DNA of 64,000 nucleotides from the human T2T-CHM13v2.0 reference genome, Homo sapiens. Below the pieces are notes generated by a model, which ran no database searches, was not told where the DNA came from, and saw only the letters and a list, made by a program, of their open reading frames with translations. Where the stretch lies: assembly GCF_009914755.1 (NCBI RefSeq), contig NC_060937.1. One strand, written 5' to 3'. How positions within the stretch are numbered: position 1 is the first letter of the stretch; each line of letters starts with the position of its first letter. Below are positions 49,740 through 62,408 of this stretch, in pieces. A program made the translations under genes and the position numbers.

Positions 49740-51424
49740 ACAACCTGGTAAAAACATAATAAATTATGTTTATCTCTGAAGGTATTTTAAAAAATACTAA
49801 TTCAATGATTAGTTTCTAAAATATCAAACAATGTTAAATGTTAACACTGTGTATAAAAAGTGGTTGTAGAATCCCTGAAGGATTTTAGTAAATTTTAGAT
49901 TAACCCTCATATGCCTAAAATGCAGAGATGCAAACACGATTGTAGGATGTAGGCAAAACTGTGAGACCTCTCACACATAATTCTTTACTAAGTAGACATA
50001 GGTAAAGGAAATAAGCTGACAGAACAATAATATAATATATAATAAATATAATTAAAGTGATGTTTCAAACTTATAAAGATATTTGCATGATTTCATAGAT
50101 TATTGGATATATGTAATTTAAGAAAAAAGCCACAAACACATTATCTGAGAATGTCCTTCAATGTTAGTTCCTTTCTTTTTTAACTAGCTATTAATATCTA
50201 TATATTTGAGGGCTTTTTTCTCCACTTGTAATTATGCTATTTTTATGATTTAATTCTATCATAAAAATGGCCTATAAAATAATATTATTCTATATTGTGC
50301 CCCATTTAGGATGTGGCTCTAATGGCTCTCCTGTCCCTTCACCTTGCAAAATAATCAGTAAATTTAAAATCACTTTCTCTCTTCCATTACAGAGTTTTCC
50401 CCATCTTTGAAGCACTCACACAAGATGTCTTAAATTAGCAATTCTCTTCCCATGATTTCTGTGTCTGCTGGTTTGTTACAAAGGCTGCTAATTCTTCTTT
50501 GCTCCCTTCCATTTATGTTTAATAATATCCCTAATGTCAAGCAATTGCTCCCAATAGAAGGATGTTTTATTCACTATACTCTATTATGAAGTAATATAAA
50601 AAATCTTATTAATTTGAACTAATAATTTCCCTTTCTTTAGTATGTTGGAAAATGACATTAAAACTAGATTTTTAAAATATTACAGTTAATATCATATACC
50701 TCATAATAAATTTCCTGAATTTAATTAATATGATATTGAAAGACTGAAGTATGCTTTAATATTAAAAATTCCCTTTAGCAAGATCTACTTCATTTTGAAG
50801 TCATGTTCTGGGATTGAGCAGATGTCAGATGTAAAAATTCATGAATCTTCAAATGTTTAAGTTAACTTTGCAGGATAAATAAAAATAAAAAGTTTCCATT
50901 TGACATTTTAAAGAAATATGCAACACTAAAAAATATTTTTCCCATGTAGATATAAAAGTTACTCTATTTTTGGAGAGACAGATTCAGTACTAGTTGCATG
51001 ATTATACTTTTCCTCAATTTTTATACTTACTTTTCTGCATTGAAATTAATTTAAAAAATTTTATAAATGAGAAATTTACCAAGGCTATCATGAGAAATTT
51101 GGTCTTTTTGGAAAGAGGTGTTTATGACTTTTAGTTGGAGTGATGTAGAAACTGTACAGTTGTAAACATATTTTTTTCAAAATTTGAATGCAATAAATAT
51201 GTTATAAATGAGATACATTATCCACTATGTTTAAATAAGATGATATAATAAAAAATTAACATATCCATGCATCATTGCTAAGAAATTTCTTCTTTTTGTA
51301 TTGGACTTATAAATGTAGCCACCTTCATCTCCATATTATTGAGACATTTAAAAAAAATACTTAGCTTTTATCTGATGTTTAATCTTTCATCTTATTCTAC
51401 AAACTCAGGAATCAGCTCTATCGA

Positions 51425-51538
51425 GCCAGGGGTTCTGATGTGTTGTTTCACTACCATATCACCAGCACCTAGAAAAGTGTCAAGTGCACAACAGGGGGTC
51501 AATATATATTCGTAGAATGAATAAAAGTTAATGAATGA
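51425..51538 (+). mobile_element. L2 3' terminus
   Basis: ccagcacctagaaaagtgtcaagtgcacaacaggggg..tcaatatatattcgtagaatgaat..aatgaatga. Confidence 0.7.
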
Positions 51539-52395
51539 GTAGATATTAGTTTCCAAGCAAATTAATATCCACATAAAATTCCATTTTCAAAATTGTGTTT
51601 TTCTATAACAAGCATAACACCTGATTATGTCCCTAAAGTTCTAAAATCTTGAAATTCATAAAGATGCATTCACATGGAGACTCCAGTATTTGGTTCACTG
51701 AAGAGTTACCAACTTTCAGTTGAAAACAAAGATGAAACCACACCTATTTAGGACACAGACCATAATCAATTACAGTTCTGATATCCACCAGGACCCAGTC
51801 TGCTTTTACTAGAACCTTGAAGACCATAGTAAGCCCACTCCACATTCCAGTACACCTGTGCCACACAGGAAGTTGCTAGTCTCCTATTTCCTCCCACAAA
51901 CATTGTTTTCATGTTATTTGGTATGTCCTCAATTCCACATTTTTTTCCCGCTGGCAACTTTCCTCTTGAAATCTCTCTGATCCATGCTCTGAAATAATAT
52001 TTTCCATTTTAAAGGAAAGATTCTGAATCTCTTCTGGAAGTATATCTCCTTTACCAGTTTGCCTTCCAAGGACGTGGCATCCTTTGGACGCTTTGTGTAG
52101 AACAATCATCAACTTTAGAAAAAATTTGCACTAGGTCATGTCAAGAAAGTAACAGTTGGCTGCTGTTAGATTCTCTGAAATTAATATCACCGAGGAGTGC
52201 AGATTTCATATTTTATTGACTGTAGATTGAGTTAGAAGCATAAGAAACACTTCAAAACCATCCTTTCTCACATTATTGAGTCTTCAGTTTTAGGATTTGA
52301 TCAATTGATTGTCTTTCCTTAATTCCCCTTCAGCCTGTTGCATAGTTGTTAATCATTGTCCTAAGAATTCCCTTTTCTCCTTATTGGATCATATC

Positions 52396-52930
52396 TGTAT
52401 CACTAGGGTCAAGTCAGGGAAACAGAAATCACTGCAATTATTTCACTGAGAGTGACATTAATACCAGGGATTGGATTCAAAAGTGATGGAAAAGCTGAAG
52501 AACAACCAGGGAAAAGTGAAGCAACCAGGCTTTAGCAACATCTAAAAACCTCTGCCACCTTCAAAATCCTTTGCCACTTTATTATGCTGATAAGATTATG
52601 AAAGAAGATAGTTTTATTTGTGCATGGAAACCAAAGCCTTCCAGGAGTAGCTAGAACCTTGTGAAAGTGGGATTAAGGAGGCTTCCTATAGAAATTATGA
52701 TCACAGAGAAAGAAACTATCTTTTTTAATTTAGCACCACAAAGAAAGAGTCTCTGCTGGACGTATCACCACAGAGAGAACTAGAGACAGAAATGTTCAGG
52801 CTTCTTGGTCTTCCTGGACTCCAAATTTCTGCAAGGCACTTCCACTGGCTGCACCTACAAGGAAGGCAGTTTTCATGGAAATCTGAAAATTGTAGATGCC
52901 TGCTATATAGAACCAATCAGGAAATGGACA
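52396..52930 (-). mobile_element. ancient LTR, LTR78/79-like
   Basis: tgtatcactagggtcaagtcagggaaacagaaatcac... and ctggctgcacctacaaggaaggcag...ggaaatctgaaaattgtag. Confidence 0.5.
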
Positions 52931-53019
52931 AGAAAGACACGTGTGAGCAAAGACGTAAAGGAACAGTAAAATAGGCTTGCTAGATAATGTTTTTTTCTGC
53001 TTTCTTTTTACAGAATCTT

Positions 53020-54150
53020 TTGTTATTTATTTAGTTTTTGTATTTATTTAGTCTTAATGCATTGGTTTAAACCCCCATTTCAATACTGAACAGAAATGGC
53101 AATAATAGATACTCATATTTTACTTCTGACTTTAAAGAGAATGATTCAAACATTTCTCCTTCAATATTGAAGTAGGATTATGTTTGTAGATGCCCTATGT
53201 TAATTTAAATGAGTTACGTTCCATTTTTAGTACTCTAAGAATAGTTTTTATAAATAGTTACTGAATGTTTATGTTTTAAAATTGTTGTGTTTTAATTTTC
53301 CCTTTAATCTGTTATTGTGGTAAATTATATTTCTATTGTTTAATCAACCTGGCATTTTAAGGCAAATTAGATTTGTTCATATTATACACTGCTACATAAT
53401 TTAATACTAATTGTAATCTATTTTAAATTTTTGTTCATCTTTGTTTATTGTTCTGTATATTTTTGTACTCTTGTCAGGTATAGCATTAAGTTTAATGAAT
53501 TAACAGAATGATTTGCAGAATACCCTTCATCTCTGACGTCTACTTTTCTGTAGTTTTGGAATGATCTACTTACTGAGAATTTTATAGAGTTAAACTATAA
53601 AACCGTCTAGTGCTACTTCTTTTTTTTACTTGCCACAACACCAATTACTTAATACTTAAATGATTATTCAGGATTTTTATTTATTCTTGATTAAATGCTG
53701 GTAAGTAATATTTTTCTAGATAGTTGCATATTTCTGCTTATGCTTTAAATTTACTCAAAATAATTAATAGCATGCCTTCATTTTCTTTCTAATCACTAAG
53801 TATGCCATTAAACCCATTTTTATTCTTAATATTTATTTTCTGGCTAACATTTGTTGTTCCTTGATAAGCCTGAAGAGGTTGATAAATGTTATTACTAATT
53901 TTGGAAAATCAGTTTTTGGCTTTGGTGATCCTCTTTGTTGGCCTAGTTTTCATTTTGTGAATTTATTTTCTTATTATTTAGTCTACAATCATTGGGTTTA
54001 TTCTTTTGATGATTTTCTAAACTCATTAGAGTTCAACTTTCTTCTTTTCTAATTTATGCATTTAAGGCTATAATTTTTCCTTTGCATAGAACATTTGTTG
54101 TGTCTCCCACGTCTTGATATGTACTATTTAATTCTCTTCAGGTGTTAAGA
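53020..54150 (-). mobile_element. old L1 (L1ME-type) ORF2 remnant
   Basis: caatactgaacagaaatggc...cttctgactttaaagagaatg...tttgtagatgccct...tttaaggctataatttttcctt. Confidence 0.7.
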
Positions 54151-54217
54151 AACTTGCATGTTTTCATTATATATGTTCATATAATTGATTTTTCTACAAA
54201 ATGAAAATAATATATAA

Positions 54218-54360
54218 TCTGCACTATCCAGTATGATAGTCACTAGTGGCTACTGAACACTTAAAATGTGCAACTCAGAAAATGAATATTTAATTATATT
54301 TACTTTAATTAATTTAAATATAAATAGCCACATGTCTAATGCCCACCTCATTATACATCT
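54218..54360. mobile_element. MER3 (hAT-Charlie MITE)
   Basis: gcactatccagtatgatagtcactag..tggctactgaacacttaaaatgtg...tttaattaatttaaat..aaatagccacatgt. Confidence 0.8.
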
Positions 54361-54699
54361 CAATATAAAAAAGAAATGAAACGTGAGCTGATAGAGGATA
54401 TTTATATAATAAACATGTTTTGATGCAGGAGTTGTACCATAATGGTTGTATATTTTTAAGCTGATTTATATAACCTAACAGAGAAGCAGACCTGAATTAT
54501 CCAAAAGAGGACAGAATCAGAGGAGCTATATTCTTTAGTAGACCAAATGTGAATGTGGATATGGCATATAGTATAAAAGGGGAAGTCTTAGCATAATATA
54601 GAAGCCTAAACATTCATTCATAATAGCAGAAGATGAAGCACAGTGTGTGAGTACACATGGGTATGTGATGGGAACATGTTGTATTTTCAATATGTTGTC

Positions 54700-55120
54700 T
54701 CCCCTTCCTAATTATTGAATGATCCTTGTGTTACTGGAGTTTGCCAACATTTCCAGCTAAAAACTAATTGTCATAGCCACTCTTGCAATAGCTCTGGCCA
54801 CTGAGACTAGGCATGATTCACTGTCTGTGAGCAATAAATCAAGAGATACAGGTCAACCATTCTTCTGTTGACTTCTTTAGAATGAGGAAGAGTAGGCTGA
54901 AGTCCAACCAGCAATCTTTTATTTCTGATATACTGAGAATGGAAGACAATCATCATTTGTTTAATGAGTATGAAGCCACCAGAAGCAGCCATGAACTGTC
55001 TTCCTCCAGTTATGTTTTAAGGTTATACTTTTTTGTGTGTTTACTAAACACAATTCTTGAAAGAGGCATAATTTAGAAGTGAGGTGTTGATAGTAATGCA
55101 AACTGAAATGTGGCTGAAGA
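54700..55120 (+). mobile_element. old MLT1 (H/I/J-like) LTR plus start of internal sequence
   Basis: agccactcttgcaatagctctggcca...; agaagtgaggtgttgatagtaatgcaaactgaaatgtgg resembles the MaLR-internal start. Confidence 0.45.
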
Positions 55121-55479
55121 AGGTAGTCAGAAAGTAGTTGGATAAGTTTCATGTGGTACAAGACAGAGCTGGCATTAAGAAATAATAATAATGACCATTT
55201 GATTAATCCTTCATTTGATGTATATGTAAAAATGAACTACATGCCTAATGAGATTGTAAAACTAAAGAAAATGGCAGAAAATGTTTAAAACTTTACATGC
55301 AGTAATAAGTGGCTCTTATTGCTACTTTTGGCAAAGAAGATGAACTCAGATAAAGCTATGTGGGCTACTTTGAAGTTTGTATGTTCCTTTTCTTCAGAAA
55401 AACAATATCCAGATGAGGTAGGATTACATATGATCCAGAGACCTCAGGTTCCAAGTCAATATTTTGAAATGCAGGACAC

Positions 55480-55897
55480 TGTTATAAGGATTATCAGTTG
55501 CCTATCCAATATCATTTCTCCTCATCTTCCATTGACATTGAATCACTCTGCTATTAGGAACGCCCTATGCTCAGGCACCCATGAAGATGGAGAGAGGATA
55601 AATAGTGAAAAAGGAAATGAGTTAGGATTTTTGGTAAATACCTTTAAAAGAAGTTGGGACAGCTGGAGAGGTTTACTTACTTTTCCCTTTGCTGTTGCTT
55701 TTCGTGTCTGGAATTCAGAAGTCACAATTAGGGGTCCTGTAGTCATATGATGACTGTGAGTCAAACTTGAGGACACAAGCCACTGGTTAAGAATAGGATA
55801 GTAGAAAAGTAAAAAGAGTACATTCTGTGATTACTAATGAGCTGTCATGCCATCCCTAGAGTTTGTTTTCACAAAATTTGTGAGTAGAAAATAAAAT
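55480..55897 (+). mobile_element. old MLT1 (I/J-like) LTR
   Basis: gttgcctatccaatatcatttctcctc...tgtctggaattcagaagt...gcagtcat-like motif...ttgaggacacaagcca..taagaataggatagtagaaaag. Confidence 0.55.
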
Positions 55898-55980
55898 AGA
55901 CAGAGAGAGAGAAAGAAAGAGAGAGAGAGAAGGAGAGAGAGAGACAGAGAGGAACAGAGAGAGAGGGAGGGAGAGAGAGA
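55898..55980. repeat. interrupted (GA)n microsatellite
   Basis: direct reading. Confidence 0.9.
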
Positions 55981-58289
55981 AACTATTTTTTTTCCAGTGA
56001 CAATTTGGGAAGGTACAGGATGCTAATTCCTTTTTTAACTTATATAATGTAATTGCCTTCGATGGCTTTTGTTTTAACAGTGAAATGAGAAACAAACTCC
56101 AGCTGAGAGTGAGCAGGATTTGAAGGAAGGAGGATTTGGAGAGAGGAGAATGTAAAATAGATTTATAGGATAATGGGAGACTAAGTAGCCTGAAATAAAG
56201 TGTAGAAAGGTCAAACAACACTAAGGGCTCTCTGATATAAGTTACGGGTTCAAACCGAAATTAGCCAAGTTTGCATGATTTTTACCTGCTGTCCTTAACT
56301 AGAGTATATCGGGTACTGGTTTTAACTTCTTGTGGTTTTGCAAGGCAGGGAGGGATGAAAGTGTGACTCATTACTAATTGCTTACATTCTATGAGCATTG
56401 CATTTTTTATATGCATCACATTTAAACATCCTAAGAGCTATTGAGCAAGCCTACCTTGCTGTCCTCTTAAGAGTCTGCTGCTCCTCTTGAGCTACCCTTT
56501 CCAAGTCCAATTAACTTTGGTTAATGTAACAGTGTAATAAGTCAGTGTTTTATTTAAGTCTTCCCAAAGATACTGTACACATAGGACATAGAAGGTTCTC
56601 TTGGCATAATCATTTCCAATCCATTCATGTACACTTCATGCCCTATAAATGCAGAGATAGAAATTATATATTGAAACTGCAATTTATGTTACCTTGCAAG
56701 AACAGTGAGATCTAGTTTATATTCAAATTTGGTTTGCAGGCATCAATAAAATACATCAGTGAAAAAAACGGTCTTGTCTATCGACTTGCCCTCTCCTGTT
56801 TTGCTTTGTTTGGTAATGGAGTATCTAAGCGCTTACATTCAAATTACATCTGTTTTAACATGCATGTTATTTGCCAATTCTTACATCAAGGTAATTCGAA
56901 AAGTGTCATAATGTTGAAATTAAAAGTGCATGTTTAAGTTCTCCTACAAAAAAAAAAAAAAAAACATAGTAAGAGTTCCTTAACTCAAAGTAAAGCAGAA
57001 TTGCAATTTTTAAAAAACACGTGTTAGTCCATTGTGACTATAACATTTAACTAGACTGAAGACATCTTTTAAAATAAAAACATTGGTTTTTCTGGACTTT
57101 ATTACACGAGTAAGTGATTACTACAAAAGTGAGCTTGATTGCTCTTGCATTAAGATGTAAGTAGCTGAGGAAACACAAACAAGAAAACAGGCCAATGCAA
57201 CTGTACCAGAAAGAAAAATTACATATTGGCTATACGACTTTCTTAATTATGTGACTAATACTCAATATTTATTGATTTAAAATAAGCAGACTTCTAATAT
57301 AAAGAGTACTTTTGAACATGTTCCTCAAAAGTCAAGTATTGGAAAACAGCCCAAAATTATTGAATATATTTTGAAAATAATTTATCATCTCTATATTCTT
57401 AGTTGTAAATGTTTTCTGAACAGATGATTAAAAATAAAAAAATCAAACTATGATTTCATTTTACTGACAGTAGATAAGGATATAAGAATTCCTGGCTTTC
57501 AGCTAAATGGAGGAATAAAGGAGTATCTGAAAATAGCAAGATATATTGAGCCAAAACTTCATGAAGTGAGCAATAGGAAGTAAAATTAATATCTGAGATG
57601 ACATTGATTAGCAAGGTTTATTTCAAAGTGACTTCTTATTACTTAAAATTGAAGATCAATAATTATTAATAGGAGATCACCAATTCAGATTTGCTCAGGT
57701 TTGGACTGGATTTAATGATGTATTGGGTAAATGATATTTATGCAATTATATATCTTAAGTTTAGGCTAAGTCAAAAATTTACATGAGTTTTTGTGAGGAA
57801 AAGAGAGACAAGCAGATTTGGCAATAACCCAGTTAGGCTGATGTTAAGTGAATGAATTTTAGACATCTGTAGCATAGAAGATATTACTCGGGATTTGGAG
57901 CTCTGTATGTTGGAAAACAAACCAAGACTCAGGTTTAGGGTTGACAACATTTTATTTTGCTATTAATGTACTTTCTTATCATTGTGTTGTTTTGCCACTA
58001 ATTAAGTGAATTTTTATTCACATACAGGCACATGCACAGAGACGTAAACGAATTCTTATGTATATATGCCTTAGTATAAATATCATTAATAATGGAAGTT
58101 ATGTAGAACGTGTAGGACAATTCTGAAAGCATACACCTCTAGCTTTATGAAACCTCCATTTAATTCTGCCTGCTGTTCCTTTTTCTCTGTGACAGGTAAA
58201 ATCTTTGTATAATCAAGTATAGATAAACAGATTGGCATTTGGGATCCACTAGAATAGTTGTCAGATTTTAAGATGGAATTTACTAGTTT

Positions 58290-58622
58290 ATTTACTAGTT
58301 TTCTTGAGAGTGCTATTACATTTCAAGCCTCCATTTCCTTTTCTGCTAAAAAAAAATTTGTAACTCAAAAATTTGAATAAAATGAAAGTTTGTTTGTGAA
58401 AGCATACTATGAATTATACAGGTTAATGCACCAGTTATTATTTTTCTCTAGATAGTGTCTATAAAAGATGGATGCCAATTTATTAAATTTAAAAGAAACT
58501 AGTGCTAAGGCATAGGGTCCTACATTTGGCCTGGCTTTGCTACTGTAGGGGATAATGGGACAGGCCTTGACTTAAATTAATTTTTCACATATGGATCTCA
58601 ATCTCTTTGTCAGTAACATGGA
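58290..58622 (+). mobile_element. two degenerate MIR/MIR3 fragments
   Basis: aagcctccatttccttttctgctaaa...tgtgaaagca; ctggctttgctact...ctcaatctctttgtcagtaacatgg. Confidence 0.45.
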
Positions 58623-58831
58623 TTCTGAATACCCATGGAAAATAGTTCACAAATGGTTTATACAGGTTCTGTAAACCTCCTGAAATTAAGTAAAAATTAT
58701 TAATTTTCTGGAGACATCAGTATATATTTCTTGAGATGATAAGAACCACATATTTATAAATGAAGAGATTTTTCTTATTATAAGAAAAGGTATTACAGAA
58801 TAATGTTTCAAACCTATATTTATTGAACATA

Positions 58832-60120
58832 CACCCCCACTACCCTTCCCAGCCACTGGTTACCATCCTTCTACTCTCTATCTCCATGAATTAAATTATG
58901 TTGATTTTTAGATCCCACAAATAAGTGAGAACATGTGATGTTTTTCTTTCTGTGCCTGGCTTGTTTCACTTAACATAATGATCTCCAGTTCCATCCATGT
59001 TGTTGCAAACGGCAGGATCTCTTTCTTTTTTATGGCTGAATAGCACGCCATTGTGTATATGTACCAAATTTTCTTTATCCATTCATATGTTGATGGATAA
59101 TTAGGTTGCTTCCAAATATTGGCTAAAAAAACAGTGCTATAACAAATAAGGGAGTGCATGCTTTTGCAGGGGTGGTACATACCCATCAATGGGATTGCTG
59201 GATCACATGATAGCTCTATTTTCAGATTTTTGAGGAACCTCTGAACTATTCTCCATAGTGGTTGTGCTAATTTACATTCCTAGCAACAGTGTACAACAGT
59301 TCCCTTTTCTCCACATTCTTGCCAGTATTTGTTATTGCCTGTGTTTTGGATAAAAGCCATTTTGTTTTTTGGTAATAATAGTATAATTTATTTTGTTAAT
59401 GTTAAAAATAAAATTGATGATTTAAAAATTTTAAATCAATCTTGCATGCAAGAAATACACTAATTTATTATTATTATTATTATTATACTTTAAGTTTTAG
59501 GGTACTAACTAGGGTGAGTTGATATCTCACTGTAATTTTGATTTGCACTTTTCTGATGATCAATAATGTCAAGCACCTTTTCATACGCCTGTTTGCCATT
59601 TGTATATCTTCTTTTGAGAAATGTCTATTTAAATATTTTCCCATTTTGAAATAGAATTATTAGATTTTTTTCCTATAGAGTTGTTTGAGCTCTTCACTAA
59701 AAATTTAAGTTATTATTAATCCCTTGTCAGATGGATAGCTAGCAAGTAGTTTCTCCCATTCTGTGTGTTGTCTCTTTACTTTGTTGTTTCTTTCCTTTGC
59801 TCTGCAGATGCTTTTTAACTTGATGTGATCCCATTGGTCTATTTTTGCTTTGATTGCCTTTGCTTGTGGGGTATTACTCAATAAGTTTTTCTAGCACCAT
59901 TTATTGAAGAGACTATCTTTTTCTCAGTGTATGTTCTTGGAACCATTGACAAAAATGAGTTCACTGCATGTGTGTGGATTTGTTTCTGGGTTCTCCATTC
60001 TGCTCTACTTGTCTAATGTGCCAGTACCATGTGGTTTTGGTTACTATAGCTCTGTAGTACAATTTGAAGCCAGGTAATGTGATTCTTCCACTTTTGTTAT
60101 TTTTGCTTAAGATGATATTG
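58832..60120 (-). mobile_element. L1MA1-3-like 3' UTR/ORF2 C-terminal segment
   Basis: ORF 58908-59189 (IWKQPNYPSTYEWIKKIWYIYTMACYSAIKKKEILPFATTWMELEIIMLSE) matches the L1 ORF2p C-terminus. Confidence 0.92.
59364..59505 (-). mobile_element. minimal young L1PA(2-4)-like insertion with 3'-transduced flank
   Basis: ttatactttaagttttagggtac + (TTA)n + 93 nt non-L1 sequence + T-tract, interrupting host L1 gccatttt|aact. Confidence 0.8.
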
Positions 60121-60592
60121 GTTATTATTTATTTTCTGATTGTTTTGTGGTCTCCCTTCCTTCTTTCCTTCCTTCCTGTCCTCCATTTAGTGAAGGAGAT
60201 TTTCTCTCATAATGTGGTTTCTTGCTTTTTATTTTTTGTATGTTTATTGTACATTTTTTGGTTTGAGGTTACCATGAGGTTTGCAAACACTATCTTATAT
60301 CTTGTTATTTTAAGCTGATAACAACTTAACACTGTCTGCATAAACGAACAAATAAGCAAATAGAAACCTAATAAAAACTCTACACCTTAAGTTCCCCTGC
60401 TTTATAAGTTTTATTGTTTCTATTTGTATTTTATTGTACTGTCTGTGTCTTGAAAAGTTGTTATAGTTATTACTGTTGATTGGTTCATCATTTAGTCTTG
60501 CTACTCGAGATATGTTTACACAAAGTTCTTAAAATGGCCTATTTTTTATAAAGAGTACTTTACACACCACAGTTACAATGCTATAATAATCT

Positions 60593-60595
<3 letters not shown>

Positions 60596-60631
<36 letters not shown>
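60596..60631. repeat. (GT)n microsatellite
   Basis: about 18 perfect units. Confidence 0.95.
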
Positions 60632-60633
<2 letters not shown>

Positions 60634-61190
60634 GGTGTACTTACTATTACCAGTGAGTTTTATACCTTCAGATGATTTCTTATTGCTCATTAACATACTT
60701 TTTTTTCCAATTGAATAACACTATAGCATTTTTGGTGAGACAGGTCTGGTGTTTATGAAATCTCTCAGACTTTTTTTGTTTGTTTGTTTTTTGTCTAGAA
60801 AACTCTTTATTTCTCCTTCATGTCTGAAGGATATTTACGTACTTATGCCAGGTAGACTATCCCATGGTAAAAGGTTTTTTTTGTTGTTTGTATGTTTGTT
60901 TGTTTTTTTAAGCACTTTAAATAAACCGTGTCACTCTCTCCTGACCTGTAAGATTTCGACTAAAGACTCTGCTGCCAGATGTGTTAGAACTCCATTATAT
61001 GTTATTTGATTTTTTTCTGTTGCTGCTTTTTAGGATCCTTTCTTTATCCTTGACCTTTGGAAATTTGAATATCAAATGCCTTGAGGTAATCTCCTTTGGT
61101 TTAAATCTGCTTGGTGTTCTATAACTATCTACTTGGCAATTGATATATTTCTTTGGATTTGGGAGGTTCTCTGTTACTATCCCTTTGAAT

Positions 61191-61193
<3 letters not shown>

Positions 61194-61221
<28 letters not shown>

Positions 61222-61480
61222 GAGGCAGAGTCTCACTCTGTCGCCCAGGCTGGCTTGCAGTGGTGCCATCTTGGCTCACTGTGACCTCCGTGTGCCCGGG
61301 TTTAAGCAATTCTCATGCCTCAGCCTCCCAAGTAGCTGGGACTACGAGTGTGAGCCACCACGCCCGGCTAATTTTTGTATTTTTAGTAGAGACAGGGTTT
61401 TGCTATGTTGGCCAGGCTAGTCTCCAACTCCTGACCTCAAGCGATTCACCTGCTTCAGCCTCCCAAAGTGCTGCCTGGTC
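61194..61480 (-). mobile_element. AluSz-like with 28-nt pure poly(A) tail
   Basis: T28, then both arms. There is a small deletion near the Alu 5' end (aaagtgctg|cctggtc) and a TSD-like taacttt/taaacttt. Confidence 0.93.
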
Positions 61481-62408
61481 TTAAACTTTCTACCCCATCT
61501 CTTTCTCTCTCTACTCTTTAAGGTCAATAAATCTTAGATTTGTCATTTTGAGGCACTTTCTAGCTCCTATAGGGGTGCTTTATTCTTTTTTCTTTTGTCT
61601 CTTCTGTGTATTTTCAAATAGCCTGTCTTCAAGCTCACTGATTCTTTCTTCTGCTTGATGAATTCTGCTGTGAAGAGACTGATGCATTCTTTAGTATGTC
61701 AATTGCATTTTTCAGCTTCAGAATTCTGCTCGATTCTTTTTAATTATTTGAATCACTTTGTTAAATTGATCTGATAGAATTCTAAATTCCTTCTCTGTGT
61801 TATCTTGAATTTCTTTGAGTTTCCTCAAAACAGTTATTTTGAAATTTCTATCTGAAAGGCCACATATCTCTGTTTTTCCAGGATTTCTCCTTGTTGTCTT
61901 TCTTAGTTCATTTTATTGAGGTCATGCTTTCCTGAATGGTCCTGATACTTGTAGATGTTTGTCTTTGTCTTGGCATTGAAGAGTTAGGTGTTTATTGTAG
62001 TCTTCATAGTCTGGGCTTATTTGTACCCTTACTTCTTGGGAATGCTTTCCAGATGTTTAAAAGGACTGGTGTGTTGTGATCTAAGCTGCATCTGCATCTG
62101 CCTGAGGGGGCACATAAGCCCAGTAATGCTGTTTTTGTTTTTTTTTTTCCAGACTAGTAGAGATACTAACTTGATGGTCTTGGACACAATTTGGAAGAAT
62201 TTTCTGGATTACCAAGAAGAAAAGCTCGTTCTCTTTCCTTATTTTCTCCCAAACAGTCTCTCCTTCTCTCTGTTCTGAGCCACCTGAAGCTGGGGGGTAG
62301 AGTGACACAAGCACCACTACCACCAGGATTTTGCTGAGTTAGATCTAAAGCCAGTCCAGCACTGGGTCTCACACAAGGCCTGCAGTAACCACTCCTTGGC
62401 TACCACGT

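Larger units (their letters stand above)
60121..62408 (-). mobile_element. L1M1/L1MA-type inter-ORF, ORF1 and 5' UTR segment
   Basis: ORF 60995-61309 contains LFKGIVTENLPNP..YRTPSRFKPKEITSRHLIFKFPKVKDKERILK, an L1 ORF1p RRM/CTD-like sequence. Confidence 0.85.

Noticed and set aside
55319-55750. Longest ORF (143 aa)
   Set aside because: It starts at TTG, overlaps an old MLT1-like LTR and shows no recognisable domain.
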